NCBI GenBank assembly: GCA_033763455.1
Contig: JANRKO010000002.1
Coordinates: forward strand, 1 to 63,803
DNA from: Polyangiaceae bacterium
GTDB lineage: Bacteria > Myxococcota_A > Polyangia > Polyangiales > Polyangiaceae
Direction of reading: 5' to 3'
Length of the DNA stretch: 63,803 nucleotides
The notes beneath the pieces were generated by a model that was not told where the DNA came from, made no database searches, and saw only the letters and a program-made list of their open reading frames with translations. Of the stretch, positions 17,776 to 27,430 are shown piece after piece (the stretch's first letter is position 1; every line of letters begins with the position of its first letter). Position numbers and translations under genes: made by a program.

Positions 17776-19392
17776 ATGCGAGCACTCAGTACTCCAGAAA
17801 GCGGGCCTAGCTCACCCGAAGGCAATCACCACCTGGCACTGCTCGCTCGCGTAAGCCGTGAGCTCTCTGCTGGGGGCACCGTTAAGTCAGCCATCGCGCG
17901 CGCCCTCGGTGCCCTCGAAGCTTTGCAGATCCAACGTTCAGCCGTGTTCTTGATTGATCCGGAAACTGGTAGCCTTGAGTGTGAGGCAGCACACGGGATT
18001 GGAGCAGAGCAGTTTCGCCCCCGCATGGAACACGGAGTTGCGGGGCGCGTAGCAGACACCGGGAAGCCTATCGTAAGCCCATTGGTGGCACACGATCCCG
18101 CCGCTCTGGAGGACGTCGTAGATCCCAAGGCCTGGGGCGGGACGGGGTGGAGTGAGGTCTGCGTGCCACTTACGCTCGCCGGGCGCCCGATCGGCGCTTT
18201 GGCGGCCTATTTCCAGGCTGCCAAAGCTACGGATTTTCTCGCTACCGTCGGTGCCCTGACGGTGATCGCAACGCTTATCGCCCAAGTGCGCCAAGCCCAT
18301 CACTTAGAGGCGCGAGTGCTCCCTGCTGACGAGGAGCACGTCGAACCCCAACAAGCACCATTTGAATACTCGAACATGATCGGTGGCAGCGTGGCAATGC
18401 GTCACGTCTACGAACAGATTGGCCAGGTTGCGTCCACCAACGCCACGGTATTGGTCCGCGGCGAATCAGGATCTGGCAAGGAGCTTGTCGCACATGCGAT
18501 TCACAACAATTCACCGCGGGCCAAAGCACCATTCGTTAAATTAAACTGCGCAGCGCTTCCCGAAACACTGATCGAGGCTGAGCTTTTCGGCCATGAGCGT
18601 GGAGCTTTCACTGGGGCTCATGCGCGCCGCAAGGGTCGGTTCGAACTGGCCGAAGGTGGCACGCTTTTCCTTGACGAAGTGGCCGAGCTCTCTGCGTTGA
18701 CACAAGCCAAATTGCTGCGAGTTCTGCAATTTCGGGAGTTTGAACGCGTGGGCGGCACCGAGACAATCCGAGCTGATTTACGCCTTGTGGTGGCTACTAA
18801 CAAAGATGTCGAAGCCGCTGTGGCGGCCGGAGCATTCCGTGAAGATCTGTACTACCGGCTCAATGTATTTTCGATCGTAGTACCGCCCCTTCGAGAACGG
18901 CGCGCTGACATTCCCGGGCTCGCAGAATACTTCTTGCTTAAGTACGCGCGGGAACATCAACGGCGCATCTCCCGCATCTCTACAGCGGCCACTGAGCGCT
19001 TAGCAGCGTACGCATGGCCGGGTAACGTGCGCGAGCTCGAAAATGTGATCGAACGCGCTGTGGTAGTCTGTCGCCGAAACGTACTCGACGAGCGGGATCT
19101 TCCAGATTTTCTTGCAAAGCCAAAAAGCGATGGGCCGGGTGCCACCCCTACGCTGGATGAAGCGGTTGCTATGGTGGAAAAGCGTTTGATTACCCAAGCG
19201 CTGCTGGAGCACAACGGCAGCGCAGCCAAAGCCGCGCGAGCGCTTGGAACGAGTGAGCGGATCCTGCGCTACAAGGCAAAGAAATATGGCATCGAAGCCG
19301 CACGCAACAATGGCCGTTTGTCGCCCGCCGACAGTTCTGTCGGACCGACACGCAGTAGGCGACAATTTCGTCGCACTAGTGAGCTTCCCTGA
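17776..19392 (+). CDS. NifA-like sigma-54 enhancer-binding protein (GAF-AAA+-HTH)
   Basis: N-terminal GAF, GESGSGKE, HERGAFTGA, LFLDEV, FREDLYYRLNV, WPGNVRELEN, C-terminal Fis-type HTH. Confidence 0.93.
   Translation: MRALSTPESGPSSPEGNHHLALLARVSRELSAGGTVKSAIARALGALEALQIQRSAVFLIDPETGSLECEAAHGIGAEQFRPRMEHGVAGRVADTGKPIVSPLVAHDPAALEDVVDPKAWGGTGWSEVCVPLTLAGRPIGALAAYFQAAKATDFLATVGALTVIATLIAQVRQAHHLEARVLPADEEHVEPQQAPFEYSNMIGGSVAMRHVYEQIGQVASTNATVLVRGESGSGKELVAHAIHNNSPRAKAPFVKLNCAALPETLIEAELFGHERGAFTGAHARRKGRFELAEGGTLFLDEVAELSALTQAKLLRVLQFREFERVGGTETIRADLRLVVATNKDVEAAVAAGAFREDLYYRLNVFSIVVPPLRERRADIPGLAEYFLLKYAREHQRRISRISTAATERLAAYAWPGNVRELENVIERAVVVCRRNVLDERDLPDFLAKPKSDGPGATPTLDEAVAMVEKRLITQALLEHNGSAAKAARALGTSERILRYKAKKYGIEAARNNGRLSPADSSVGPTRSRRQFRRTSELP
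19328..19374. promoter_or_regulatory. Candidate enhancer (UAS) pair for the hemD-nir-nas promoter
   Basis: CCGACA-GTTC-TGTCGG (19328-19343) and GCGACA-ATTT-CGTCGC (19359-19374), 31 bp apart; the proximal edge is 87 bp from the first G of the -24 GG. Confidence 0.65.
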
Positions 19393-19459
19393 TGTTTCCC
19401 GGCTGTTTCCACGCACTCAACCCCACGCATACAAGGGCATTGTTGAGTGCAAAAACGTC

Positions 19460-19474
19460 TGGCACACGCCTTGC
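19460..19474 (+). promoter_or_regulatory. Sigma-54 (-24/-12) promoter of the hemD-nirBD-nas operon
   Basis: TGGCAC-ACGCC-TTGC, exact consensus. Confidence 0.88.
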
Positions 19475-19530
19475 TCTGGAGATTGCGTGTTTTGCAGCCC
19501 GAGGGACATGGCGATAATGGAGTGCGAGTC

Positions 19531-20427
19531 GTGACAGAAGCCGCTCGACCAGTCGTGGCGCTCTTGGAGTCGCGGATGAGCCGAGAATGTGCTCGCCTGG
19601 TAGTGAAACACGGCGGCGAGCCGCTTTTGGCCCCAGCGCTCAAAGAAGATTGCACTACGTCGCCTGAGCTCGTTCGCAAGATCGTTACGGACATTGAAGC
19701 GGGCCGCTACGAAGTTGTCGTGTTCATGACAGGCGTGGCCGTCTCCCAACTTTTTGAGGCCGCAGAGCAAGCAGGAGCGCGAGCCGCACTCGTCTCTGGG
19801 CTTCGTAACATTACCACCGTTACACGCGGGCCGAAGCCCACGGCTGCACTCAGGGGTTTTGGTGTGCCACCCACGTTGTTGGCACGTGATGCCTTCACCT
19901 CCAGCGAGGTGATTGACGCCCTCTCCGGCATCGAGCTTAATAGTTGTCGCATTCTTCTGTTTCACTACGGCGAACGCAGCGCTGCCCTCGCTGAAACCCT
20001 GCTGGCACGCGGAGTCGATCTAACGGAAATTTGGCTCTATCGCTGGCTGCTTCCTGATCCTACGACGGCGCTCGAAGCGCTCATTGAAGAATTGGTCCTG
20101 GGCCGCGTAGATGCCCTTGCCATCACCTGCCAGATCCAATTTCGACATCTCATGCAAGTCGCCGAGCGCATAGGGCGAGCCGAAGAACTATTGAGCGCAT
20201 TGAATGAGCGCGTTGTGATGGCTGTTGTCGGCCCCACGTGCAACGCCATCGTTCAATCCTACGGTGTCACCGTGCACGTAATCCCTGAGCACCCAAAGAT
20301 GGGGCCGCTCGTGGCAACGCTGATGCGTTACCTGCAATTGCGCGGACGCAGAAGCGATGGCCAGGAAGCCGCTCCCGTGCGTATGCCTCCAGTGTCGCGT
20401 TTGCCTCAATCCAGCGCCCAGAATTAG
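19531..20427 (+). CDS. hemD: Uroporphyrinogen-III synthase (HemD family)
   Basis: VALLESR...GGEPLLAPAL, VVFMTGVAV, RGPKP, YRW, VGPTC, PEHPKMGPLV; GGAG RBS before GTG. Confidence 0.78.
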   Translation: MTEAARPVVALLESRMSRECARLVVKHGGEPLLAPALKEDCTTSPELVRKIVTDIEAGRYEVVVFMTGVAVSQLFEAAEQAGARAALVSGLRNITTVTRGPKPTAALRGFGVPPTLLARDAFTSSEVIDALSGIELNSCRILLFHYGERSAALAETLLARGVDLTEIWLYRWLLPDPTTALEALIEELVLGRVDALAITCQIQFRHLMQVAERIGRAEELLSALNERVVMAVVGPTCNAIVQSYGVTVHVIPEHPKMGPLVATLMRYLQLRGRRSDGQEAAPVRMPPVSRLPQSSAQN

Positions 20428-20464
20428 TAAGCCCCCTCAAGGGCTCTCGGAAGAAGAAAAACCA

Positions 20465-23044
20465 ATGAACAATGCTGTTCGACCCAACATCGTGGTTATC
20501 GGGAATGGAATGGTGGGTCACCACTTCCTGCAGACCGCATTCGAACTCGGCCTCTGCACCAGCCATCAGGTGACGGTTTTCGCCGAAGAGCCGCGTCTCG
20601 CGTATGATCGGGTGAATCTATCAAAGTACTTTGACGGAAAAACCACCGCCGAAGATCTCAGCCTCGTCGCGGAGGGAGAATACGAAAGCTACGGTGTTGA
20701 AGTTTGCGTGTCCGATCCGGCCGTCGAGCTAGATCCAATTAACCGCTTGGTGAGAACAGCCTCGGGCCGCGAACAAGCGTACGACTTCCTTATCCTCGCC
20801 ACAGGGTCACGCCCATTCGTGCCCCCTATTCCCGGTGGCAACGAGCCTGGCTGCTTCGTCTACCGCACCATTGAAGATCTGGCTGCTATCCGGGCTGGCG
20901 CGGCAGGTGCAAAACGAGGCGTGGTGATAGGCGGAGGGCTCCTTGGGCTTGAAGCGGGTAACGCTGTGCTTTCGCTCGGCCTCGAAACGCACGTGGTGGA
21001 ATTTGCACCGCGCCTGATGCCCCTTCAGGTCGACGCAACCGGAGGCGAGCTCTTAAAGTCTCGCATCACGGAGCTCGGCGTTGTGGTGCACGTGGGCAAG
21101 GACACCCGCGAAATCGTAACCGGCGAAGATGGACGAGTTGCGGCGCTGCGGTTTGCCGATGGCAGCATGCTTGAGACGGATCTGGTCATTTTTTCCGCGG
21201 GCATCCGTGCACGGGATGAGCTCGCAAGAAACGCGGGGCTGAAGATCGGTGAGCGAGGAGGCATCGCCATTGACGATCAATGTCGAACCGAGCAACCGGG
21301 CGTATTCGCAATCGGCGAATGTGCAGCCCATTTTGGCCGCACCTACGGGCTGGTGGCTCCGGGCTATCGAATGGCAGAGGTGGCCGCACGTGTTATCGCC
21401 GGTGAACACGCTAGCTTCGAAGGTGCCGATATGAGCACCAAGCTCAAGCTCTTGGGGGTTGATGTAGCAAGCTTCGGCGATGCAATGGCAGAAGCAGCCG
21501 GAGCCAAGACCATTACCTTTTCGGATGGTGTCCTTGGAACGTACAAGAAGCTCGTCGTAAGCGACGATCACAAGCTGCTTTTAGGCGGCATCCTGGTGGG
21601 GGACGCGAGAGATTATGGTCGGCTTTCTGCCCACTACCTGGGGGCCATGCCACTTCCGGAGAACCCCGCGGCGCTCATCGCCCCGGCCTCTGACGGTGGA
21701 GCTAACGCAGCTTTCGGGCTCGGCGCACTTACCGACTCCGCGATCATCTGCTCTTGCCATAACGTGAGCAAGGGCGCCATTCGGGCTGCCATTTGCGAGG
21801 GGAAGGTCACCGAATTAAAGCCTCTCAAGAAGTGCACGAAGGCTGGCACCGGGTGCGGCTCCTGCTCCACATTAGTGGATGACATCCTGAAAGCCGAGCT
21901 CACTCAAGCCGGGGTCACAGTCAACAACAGCATCTGCGAACACTTCGCCCATACCCGCCAGGAGCTCTACCACCTGGTTCGCCTCCACAATATCACTACA
22001 TTCCGCGAGCTCATCGAACGGCACGGCACGGGCCTGGGGTGCGAAATCTGCAAACCCGCTGCCGCATCCATTTTTGCCTCTGTCCACAACGGACACGTAC
22101 TGGCCGGTGAACACGCCACCATCCAGGACACCAACGACCGCTTTCTGGCTAACATCCAGAAAGACGGCACCTATTCAGTGGTACCGCGTCTTCCCGGCGG
22201 AGAGGTAACCCCGGACGAGCTGATTGCGCTCGGAACTATCGCCAAAAAATATGGCCTTTACACCAAGGTTACCGGCGGGCAACGCATCGATATGTTCGGT
22301 GCACGGCTAGAGCAGCTGCCAGCCATCTGGAGCGATCTTACCGCGCAGGGCTTCGAATCAGGGCATGCCTATGGCAAGGCACTGAGAACAGTTAAGAGCT
22401 GCGTGGGCAGCACTTGGTGCCGTTATGGCGTTCAGGATTCTCTCGGGCTCGCGGTGCGCCTTGAGCACCGCTACAAGGGCCTTCGCAGCCCACACAAGCT
22501 CAAGGGTGGAGTCTCTGGCTGCGCGCGAGAATGTGCAGAGGCTCAAGGCAAAGACTTTGGCATCATCGCCACAGAGAAGGGCTACAACCTCTACGTAGGC
22601 GGCAACGGAGGAATGAAGCCGCGCCACGCAGTACTGCTGGCCGCCGACCTAGATGAAGCAACGGTAGTTCGGTACCTGGACCGCTTTTTCATGTTCTACG
22701 TCCGCACGGCTGACAGGTTGCAGCGCACAGCTACGTGGCTCGAAAAGCTTGAGGGCGGGATCGACTACGTGCGCCAAGTGATTGTGGATGATTCGCTAGG
22801 CTTGGGGGCTGAGCTCGAAGCCGAGATGGCTCACATTGTTGGCACCTACCAGTGCGAATGGAAGACAACGCTAGAGAGCCCAGACAAGCTCAAGCTATTT
22901 CGCGCTTTTATCAATTCCGACAAACCCGATCCGAGCGTGGTTTTCGTCGAAGAACGTCGCCAACAACGCCCCGCGAGCTGGAGCGAAAAGAAGACTATCC
23001 TGCCGAAAAAGCTCCGACTTCCAGTGTTCAGCGCGGACGAATAA
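20465..23044 (+). CDS. nirB: NAD(P)H nitrite reductase large subunit
   Basis: GNGMVG, YDRVNLS, GGGLLGLEA, two BFD-like Cys clusters, ANIQKDGTYSVVPR, KSCVGSTWCRYG, SGCARECAEAQ siroheme/FeS motifs. Confidence 0.97.
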   Translation: MNNAVRPNIVVIGNGMVGHHFLQTAFELGLCTSHQVTVFAEEPRLAYDRVNLSKYFDGKTTAEDLSLVAEGEYESYGVEVCVSDPAVELDPINRLVRTASGREQAYDFLILATGSRPFVPPIPGGNEPGCFVYRTIEDLAAIRAGAAGAKRGVVIGGGLLGLEAGNAVLSLGLETHVVEFAPRLMPLQVDATGGELLKSRITELGVVVHVGKDTREIVTGEDGRVAALRFADGSMLETDLVIFSAGIRARDELARNAGLKIGERGGIAIDDQCRTEQPGVFAIGECAAHFGRTYGLVAPGYRMAEVAARVIAGEHASFEGADMSTKLKLLGVDVASFGDAMAEAAGAKTITFSDGVLGTYKKLVVSDDHKLLLGGILVGDARDYGRLSAHYLGAMPLPENPAALIAPASDGGANAAFGLGALTDSAIICSCHNVSKGAIRAAICEGKVTELKPLKKCTKAGTGCGSCSTLVDDILKAELTQAGVTVNNSICEHFAHTRQELYHLVRLHNITTFRELIERHGTGLGCEICKPAAASIFASVHNGHVLAGEHATIQDTNDRFLANIQKDGTYSVVPRLPGGEVTPDELIALGTIAKKYGLYTKVTGGQRIDMFGARLEQLPAIWSDLTAQGFESGHAYGKALRTVKSCVGSTWCRYGVQDSLGLAVRLEHRYKGLRSPHKLKGGVSGCARECAEAQGKDFGIIATEKGYNLYVGGNGGMKPRHAVLLAADLDEATVVRYLDRFFMFYVRTADRLQRTATWLEKLEGGIDYVRQVIVDDSLGLGAELEAEMAHIVGTYQCEWKTTLESPDKLKLFRAFINSDKPDPSVVFVEERRQQRPASWSEKKTILPKKLRLPVFSADE

Positions 23045-23054
23045 GGCCCGAGCC

Positions 23055-23468
23055 ATGGAAACGTCCCGCATGAATCTTGAGCCGAACGAGTTGCGACCCC
23101 GCGAATCTCACCCTCGAACGGCGGAATCGGTTAGAGCCTGGCAAGAAGTATGTGCCCTCGACGACATCGCGCCGAGCAGTGGCGTTGCGGCTTGGCTGGA
23201 TGGTGAGCAAGTCGCCCTTATTCGCCTCAACGCCAGCGACACCGTATACGCGATAGCCAATTTCGATCCTTTTAGCCGCGCGTACGTGATGGCTCGCGGC
23301 ATCGTGGGGGATCGCGCGGGGATCCCAAAGATCGCTTCACCGATTTTCAAACAGAGCTTTAATCTCGAAACGGGTGAGTGTCTGGATGACCCCGGAGTTC
23401 GTTTGCGGGTTTACCCGGTAATGGTCGCCGACGCCAAAGTATTCGTCGACGTGAACGGAGCTCCATGA
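23055..23468 (+). CDS. nirD: Nitrite reductase small subunit
   Basis: GVAAWLDGEQVAL, NFDPFSRAYVMARGIVGD, ASPIFKQSFNLETGECLDD. Confidence 0.95.
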   Translation: METSRMNLEPNELRPRESHPRTAESVRAWQEVCALDDIAPSSGVAAWLDGEQVALIRLNASDTVYAIANFDPFSRAYVMARGIVGDRAGIPKIASPIFKQSFNLETGECLDDPGVRLRVYPVMVADAKVFVDVNGAP

Positions 23469-25180
23469 GCGCGGAAGTGTCCTTGACACTAATTGGCACG
23501 GCCACGCGCACGCACGAGCCCACCGTCAAACGCAAGCTTCCCGTTCTTACTCTCGAAAAGTTCCTCGGCGAGCAACAAACTCTCACCGCCGTGGAGAAGT
23601 TCAGCGACCTCCATGAGTCGGGCGAAGTGCAGGAAAAGCACAAAATCTACAGAGATCTGCTGCCCCTTACCAAGCCTCAAAATGGTCAGCAATACGCGTT
23701 TGAGGTCGACCTAGACGCATGCACCGGCTGCAAAGCATGCGTCACCGGTTGTCACTCCATGAACGGTCTCGATCAGGCTGAAACCTGGCGCGGCGTTGGT
23801 TTTCTGCATGGCGGCACCTCCGAAGCGCCCGCTGCTCGGCTGGTCACTTCATCCTGCCACCACTGCCTTGAGCCCGCCTGCATGAGTGGCTGCCCGGTTC
23901 AAGCGTACGAAAAAGATCCCGTAACCGGAATCGTAAAGCACCTCGACGATCAGTGCTTTGGTTGCCAGTACTGCACGCTGATGTGCCCGTACGATGCGCC
24001 CAAGTACAACAAGCGTTTGGGTATCGTTCGCAAATGCGATATGTGTAGCGATAGGCTCGCCAACGAGGAAGCCCCCGGCTGCGTTCAGGCGTGCCCGAAC
24101 GGAGCCATTTCCATCCGAATCGTAGATCAGCTTCATGTGATCCAGGCGAGTGAGGCGCATAGCTTTTTGCCGTCCACACCCACACCCGAACACACGGTGC
24201 CTACCACCCGCTACACCTCAAAAAAGCCCTTCCCCCCGAACATGCTGGCGGGTGATTTCTACAGCGTAAAGGCCGAGCACTCGCACCCGGCACTCGTAAT
24301 CATGTTAACGCTCACGCAGCTATCTGTGGGGGCTTTCGCCTTGAGCTTGGGCCTCGAAAGCCTGACGGGGCGCGCCTCCGGCAGCCCGCTCGCTCAAGCC
24401 GCCTTGGCGTGTTTTCTTGCTGTGCTTGCACTCGGCGCCAGTGTTTTCCACTTGGGAAGGCCCTGGCTTTTCTTTCGTGCAGTTTTGGGCCTCCGCACCT
24501 CTTGGCTTAGCCGGGAAGCTCTGTGTTTTGGTTTTTTTGCAAAACTGGCGCTTCTTTACGGTGGGCTCTTGGCTCTCCCGAGCGCTCTCCCGAGCGCTGT
24601 GTATTTGCCGTATGCTCCATTGATTGAGAGTGTCGCTCATTCCGCACGAGTGGGTGCATCCGTGTTCGGCATCTTGGGCGTTTTTTCATCTGTGATGGTG
24701 TACGTGGCAACCCGCCGCGTAGAGTGGCAGGCAGAGGAAACTGGCATTCGATTTTTCGGCAGTTTTCTCCTGTTGGGGGCCGCGGCAGTGCTCACCATGA
24801 GCGCCGTACCTTCGGAAACGCCGCTTGGAGAGGCGGATCTCCGCGTGCTTCTGAGCCTCATCCTCGGTGTGAGTGTTCTAAAGCTCGCGTTCGAGGCGCG
24901 TGTGCTCACGCACCTCCGAGCCCCGCGCCAATCAGTACTTAAGAGGCAGGCGATTCTGCTCACTGGTCAGTTGCGCACTGCAACCAAGCTGCGTTTCGGG
25001 GCTGCCCTTCTAGGCGGAGTATTGTTGCCAGCCGCGCTGTTAAGCCTCGGACCGCTATCCGCCTACGTCGGCGTTTTTGGGCCTGCCCTATTGCTTGCCC
25101 TGCTCGTTGGCGAATTCGCTGAACGTTATCTGTTCTTTAGTGCTGCACCAGCTTCACACATGCCGGGGCCCCTGCCATGA
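23465..25180 (+). CDS. Fusion of a DmsB-like 4x[4Fe-4S] subunit and a DmsC-like membrane anchor
   Basis: CTGCKACVTGC, CHHCLEPACMSGCP, CFGCQYCTLMCP, KCDMC...CVQACP; then LTLTQLSVG, SVFHLGRP, SWLSRE, GEFAERYLFF with about 8 TM segments. Confidence 0.9.
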   Translation: MSAEVSLTLIGTATRTHEPTVKRKLPVLTLEKFLGEQQTLTAVEKFSDLHESGEVQEKHKIYRDLLPLTKPQNGQQYAFEVDLDACTGCKACVTGCHSMNGLDQAETWRGVGFLHGGTSEAPAARLVTSSCHHCLEPACMSGCPVQAYEKDPVTGIVKHLDDQCFGCQYCTLMCPYDAPKYNKRLGIVRKCDMCSDRLANEEAPGCVQACPNGAISIRIVDQLHVIQASEAHSFLPSTPTPEHTVPTTRYTSKKPFPPNMLAGDFYSVKAEHSHPALVIMLTLTQLSVGAFALSLGLESLTGRASGSPLAQAALACFLAVLALGASVFHLGRPWLFFRAVLGLRTSWLSREALCFGFFAKLALLYGGLLALPSALPSAVYLPYAPLIESVAHSARVGASVFGILGVFSSVMVYVATRRVEWQAEETGIRFFGSFLLLGAAAVLTMSAVPSETPLGEADLRVLLSLILGVSVLKLAFEARVLTHLRAPRQSVLKRQAILLTGQLRTATKLRFGAALLGGVLLPAALLSLGPLSAYVGVFGPALLLALLVGEFAERYLFFSAAPASHMPGPLP

Positions 25181-27399
25181 AGATCACACCACAGAAAATC
25201 GGACCAACCCTTCGCAAGCTCTTGGTCCGCTCGGAGGGGCCGCTCACGCGTGAGCTTCTCCAAGCACCCAGCTCTTTTGGCCTTGGCCGCCTCCCTACCC
25301 GAGTCGCACCAGACCAAAAAACAACGATGGTGTGCGGATTTTGCTCAACCGGCTGCGGCTTGGATGTGCTCATGAAAAAAGGCGAAGCGGTGGGGCTAAT
25401 GCCGAATAAGGCGTACCCCGTGAACGGCGGAATGGCGTGCCCCAAAGGCTGGGAAGCGCTAGCGCCACTCAAGGGCCCAGGCCGAGCAACCATGCCGTTC
25501 ATTCGCCGCAACAACAAGCTTCAGCCGGCAACGTGGCAGGAAGCGATGGCTGAGATGGTATTCCGCTTTCGCGCCATCCAGGCCGAACACGGTCCGGATT
25601 CTGTGGCCTGGATCGGAACCGGCCAACTGCCCACTGAAGAGCTTGCATTCCTCGGCGCTTTGGCCAAGTTCGGCCTCGGTATTCGGCACGGAGATGGCAA
25701 CACTCGCCAGTGCATGGCCACCTCCGCCACCGCTTACAAGCAGAGCTTCGGGTTTGATGCTCCGCCTTTTAGCTATGCGGACTTCGAGGCGTCTGACGTC
25801 ATCATTCTATGGGGCTCCAACCTCTGCATCGCTCACCCCATCCTTTGGGAGCGCATCTGCAAGAACCCCAACAAGCCAACCGTCGTGGTAGTAGATCCGC
25901 GTGCCACAGAGACGGCGTTAGCGGCTACGCAGCACTACGCCGTAGCCCCCAAAACAGATCTGGTGCTCCTCTACACCCTCGCCAATCTTCTCCTCACCTG
26001 GGGCAAGATAGACCGCGACTTCATCGCTCAGCACACTCAAGGCTTCGAAGCTTTTGCACAACACATTGCTGGGTTTTCCATCAAAAATGCGAGCGAGCTC
26101 ACAGGCATCCCTGAAGACCGAATCTTAGCCCTCGCTCAAATCATCGCTGACGGAAAGCGAGTTAGCTTCTGGTGGACAATGGGCGTCAACCAAAGTCACG
26201 AAGGGGTCCGCACGGCCCAAGCAATCATCAATCTCGCGTTGATGACCAAGAACATTGGTCGCCCCGGTACGGGGGCGAACTCCATCACCGGGCAATGCAA
26301 CGCGATGGGCTCTCGCCTCTTCAGCAACACAACGAACCTCTTCGGCGGTCGAGACTTCCAGAACGCAGAAGACCGCGCTGATGTGGCCCGCATCCTCGGC
26401 ATTCCAGTGGATAACATCCCAACCGTACCGAGCCTGGCTTACGATCAAATCGTCGAAGGCATCCTCTCTCAACGCATTCGAGCATTGTGGGTTATTGGCA
26501 CCAACCCCATGCATTCGTGGATCAATCAATCGCACCTAAAAGACGTGCTGGCGCGCCTTGAGTGCCTCGTGGTGCAAGATATGTATCACGACACGGATAC
26601 TGCAAAGGTAGCTGACATTGTGCTGCCGGCGGCGGGCTGGGGTGAAAAGGAAGGCACGTTCATCAATTCTGAGCGGCGCATTGGCGTCATCCAACGCGTG
26701 AGCCGTGCCCCTGGCCAAGCTTTGGCCGATTTTCATATCTTCCGCCTCATTGCGCAGGCATTCGAGGTGGACCACCTGTTTACAGAGTGGACCAGCCCGG
26801 AAGCGGTGTTTCAGATCTTGAAGCGCCTCAGCCGCGGCCGCCCCTGCGATATTACGGGCATTCGAGGCTACGCCGCGCTGTTACGCGCCGGGGGCATTCA
26901 GTGGCCGTTACCAGAAGGGCAAACGCTTGAAGCCAACGAACGGCGCTTGTTTGAAGACGGGAAGTTCTTCACCAAAGACGGCAAAGCCGAGTTCCTTTTC
27001 GGCGACCCTCGCCCGCTTCCAGAGCCCACTACCAAGCACTACCCGCTCTTGCTGCTAACCGGCCGTGGCACATCCAGCCAGTGGCACACCGGAACCCGAA
27101 CCAAGTGCTCGCCAGTATTGGCCAAACTGAGCCCGGAGCACCTGCACGTCGAGGTTTCGCTAGCCGACGCACGGCGTCTAGGTATCAGCCCCGGTGAGGA
27201 AGTGACCGTCACATCCCAGCGTGGCTCACTCGTAGCCCGAGCCTTCGTCACCGCTTCGGTGAAACCCGGGCAAGTATTTTTGCCCATGCACGACGAACGA
27301 GTCAACAAGTTAACGTTCGCGGCCTTCGATCCCTTTTCACGCCAGCCCGCCTACAAAGCCTCGGCGGTGCGGGTGGAACGCAAGCAAGATCTCTCGTAA
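25177..27399 (+). CDS. nasA: Molybdopterin nitrate reductase catalytic subunit (NasA/NarB-like)
   Basis: CGFCSTGC...CPKG FeS motif, NTRQCMA Mo-ligand Cys, MGVNQS, SITGQCNAMG, GEKEGTFINSERR, QWHTGTRT, DPFSRQPAYK; no Tat signal; in the nir/nrt cluster. Confidence 0.85.
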   Translation: MKITPQKIGPTLRKLLVRSEGPLTRELLQAPSSFGLGRLPTRVAPDQKTTMVCGFCSTGCGLDVLMKKGEAVGLMPNKAYPVNGGMACPKGWEALAPLKGPGRATMPFIRRNNKLQPATWQEAMAEMVFRFRAIQAEHGPDSVAWIGTGQLPTEELAFLGALAKFGLGIRHGDGNTRQCMATSATAYKQSFGFDAPPFSYADFEASDVIILWGSNLCIAHPILWERICKNPNKPTVVVVDPRATETALAATQHYAVAPKTDLVLLYTLANLLLTWGKIDRDFIAQHTQGFEAFAQHIAGFSIKNASELTGIPEDRILALAQIIADGKRVSFWWTMGVNQSHEGVRTAQAIINLALMTKNIGRPGTGANSITGQCNAMGSRLFSNTTNLFGGRDFQNAEDRADVARILGIPVDNIPTVPSLAYDQIVEGILSQRIRALWVIGTNPMHSWINQSHLKDVLARLECLVVQDMYHDTDTAKVADIVLPAAGWGEKEGTFINSERRIGVIQRVSRAPGQALADFHIFRLIAQAFEVDHLFTEWTSPEAVFQILKRLSRGRPCDITGIRGYAALLRAGGIQWPLPEGQTLEANERRLFEDGKFFTKDGKAEFLFGDPRPLPEPTTKHYPLLLLTGRGTSSQWHTGTRTKCSPVLAKLSPEHLHVEVSLADARRLGISPGEEVTVTSQRGSLVARAFVTASVKPGQVFLPMHDERVNKLTFAAFDPFSRQPAYKASAVRVERKQDLS

Positions 27400-27430
27400 G
27401 TTTCCCGGCTGGAGCTGCGGAAGCAGAGCT

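Noticed and set aside
17776..19392. True nifA, implying nitrogen fixation
   Set aside because: No nif genes in the window; the flanking sigma-54 promoters drive nitrate genes and the candidate UAS differs from TGT-N10-ACA.
23465..27399. DMSO reductase, or periplasmic Nap / respiratory Nar
   Set aside because: The catalytic subunit has a Cys ligand motif and NasA-type sequence, lacks a Tat signal, is far shorter than NarG, and lies in the nirBD/nrt cluster.
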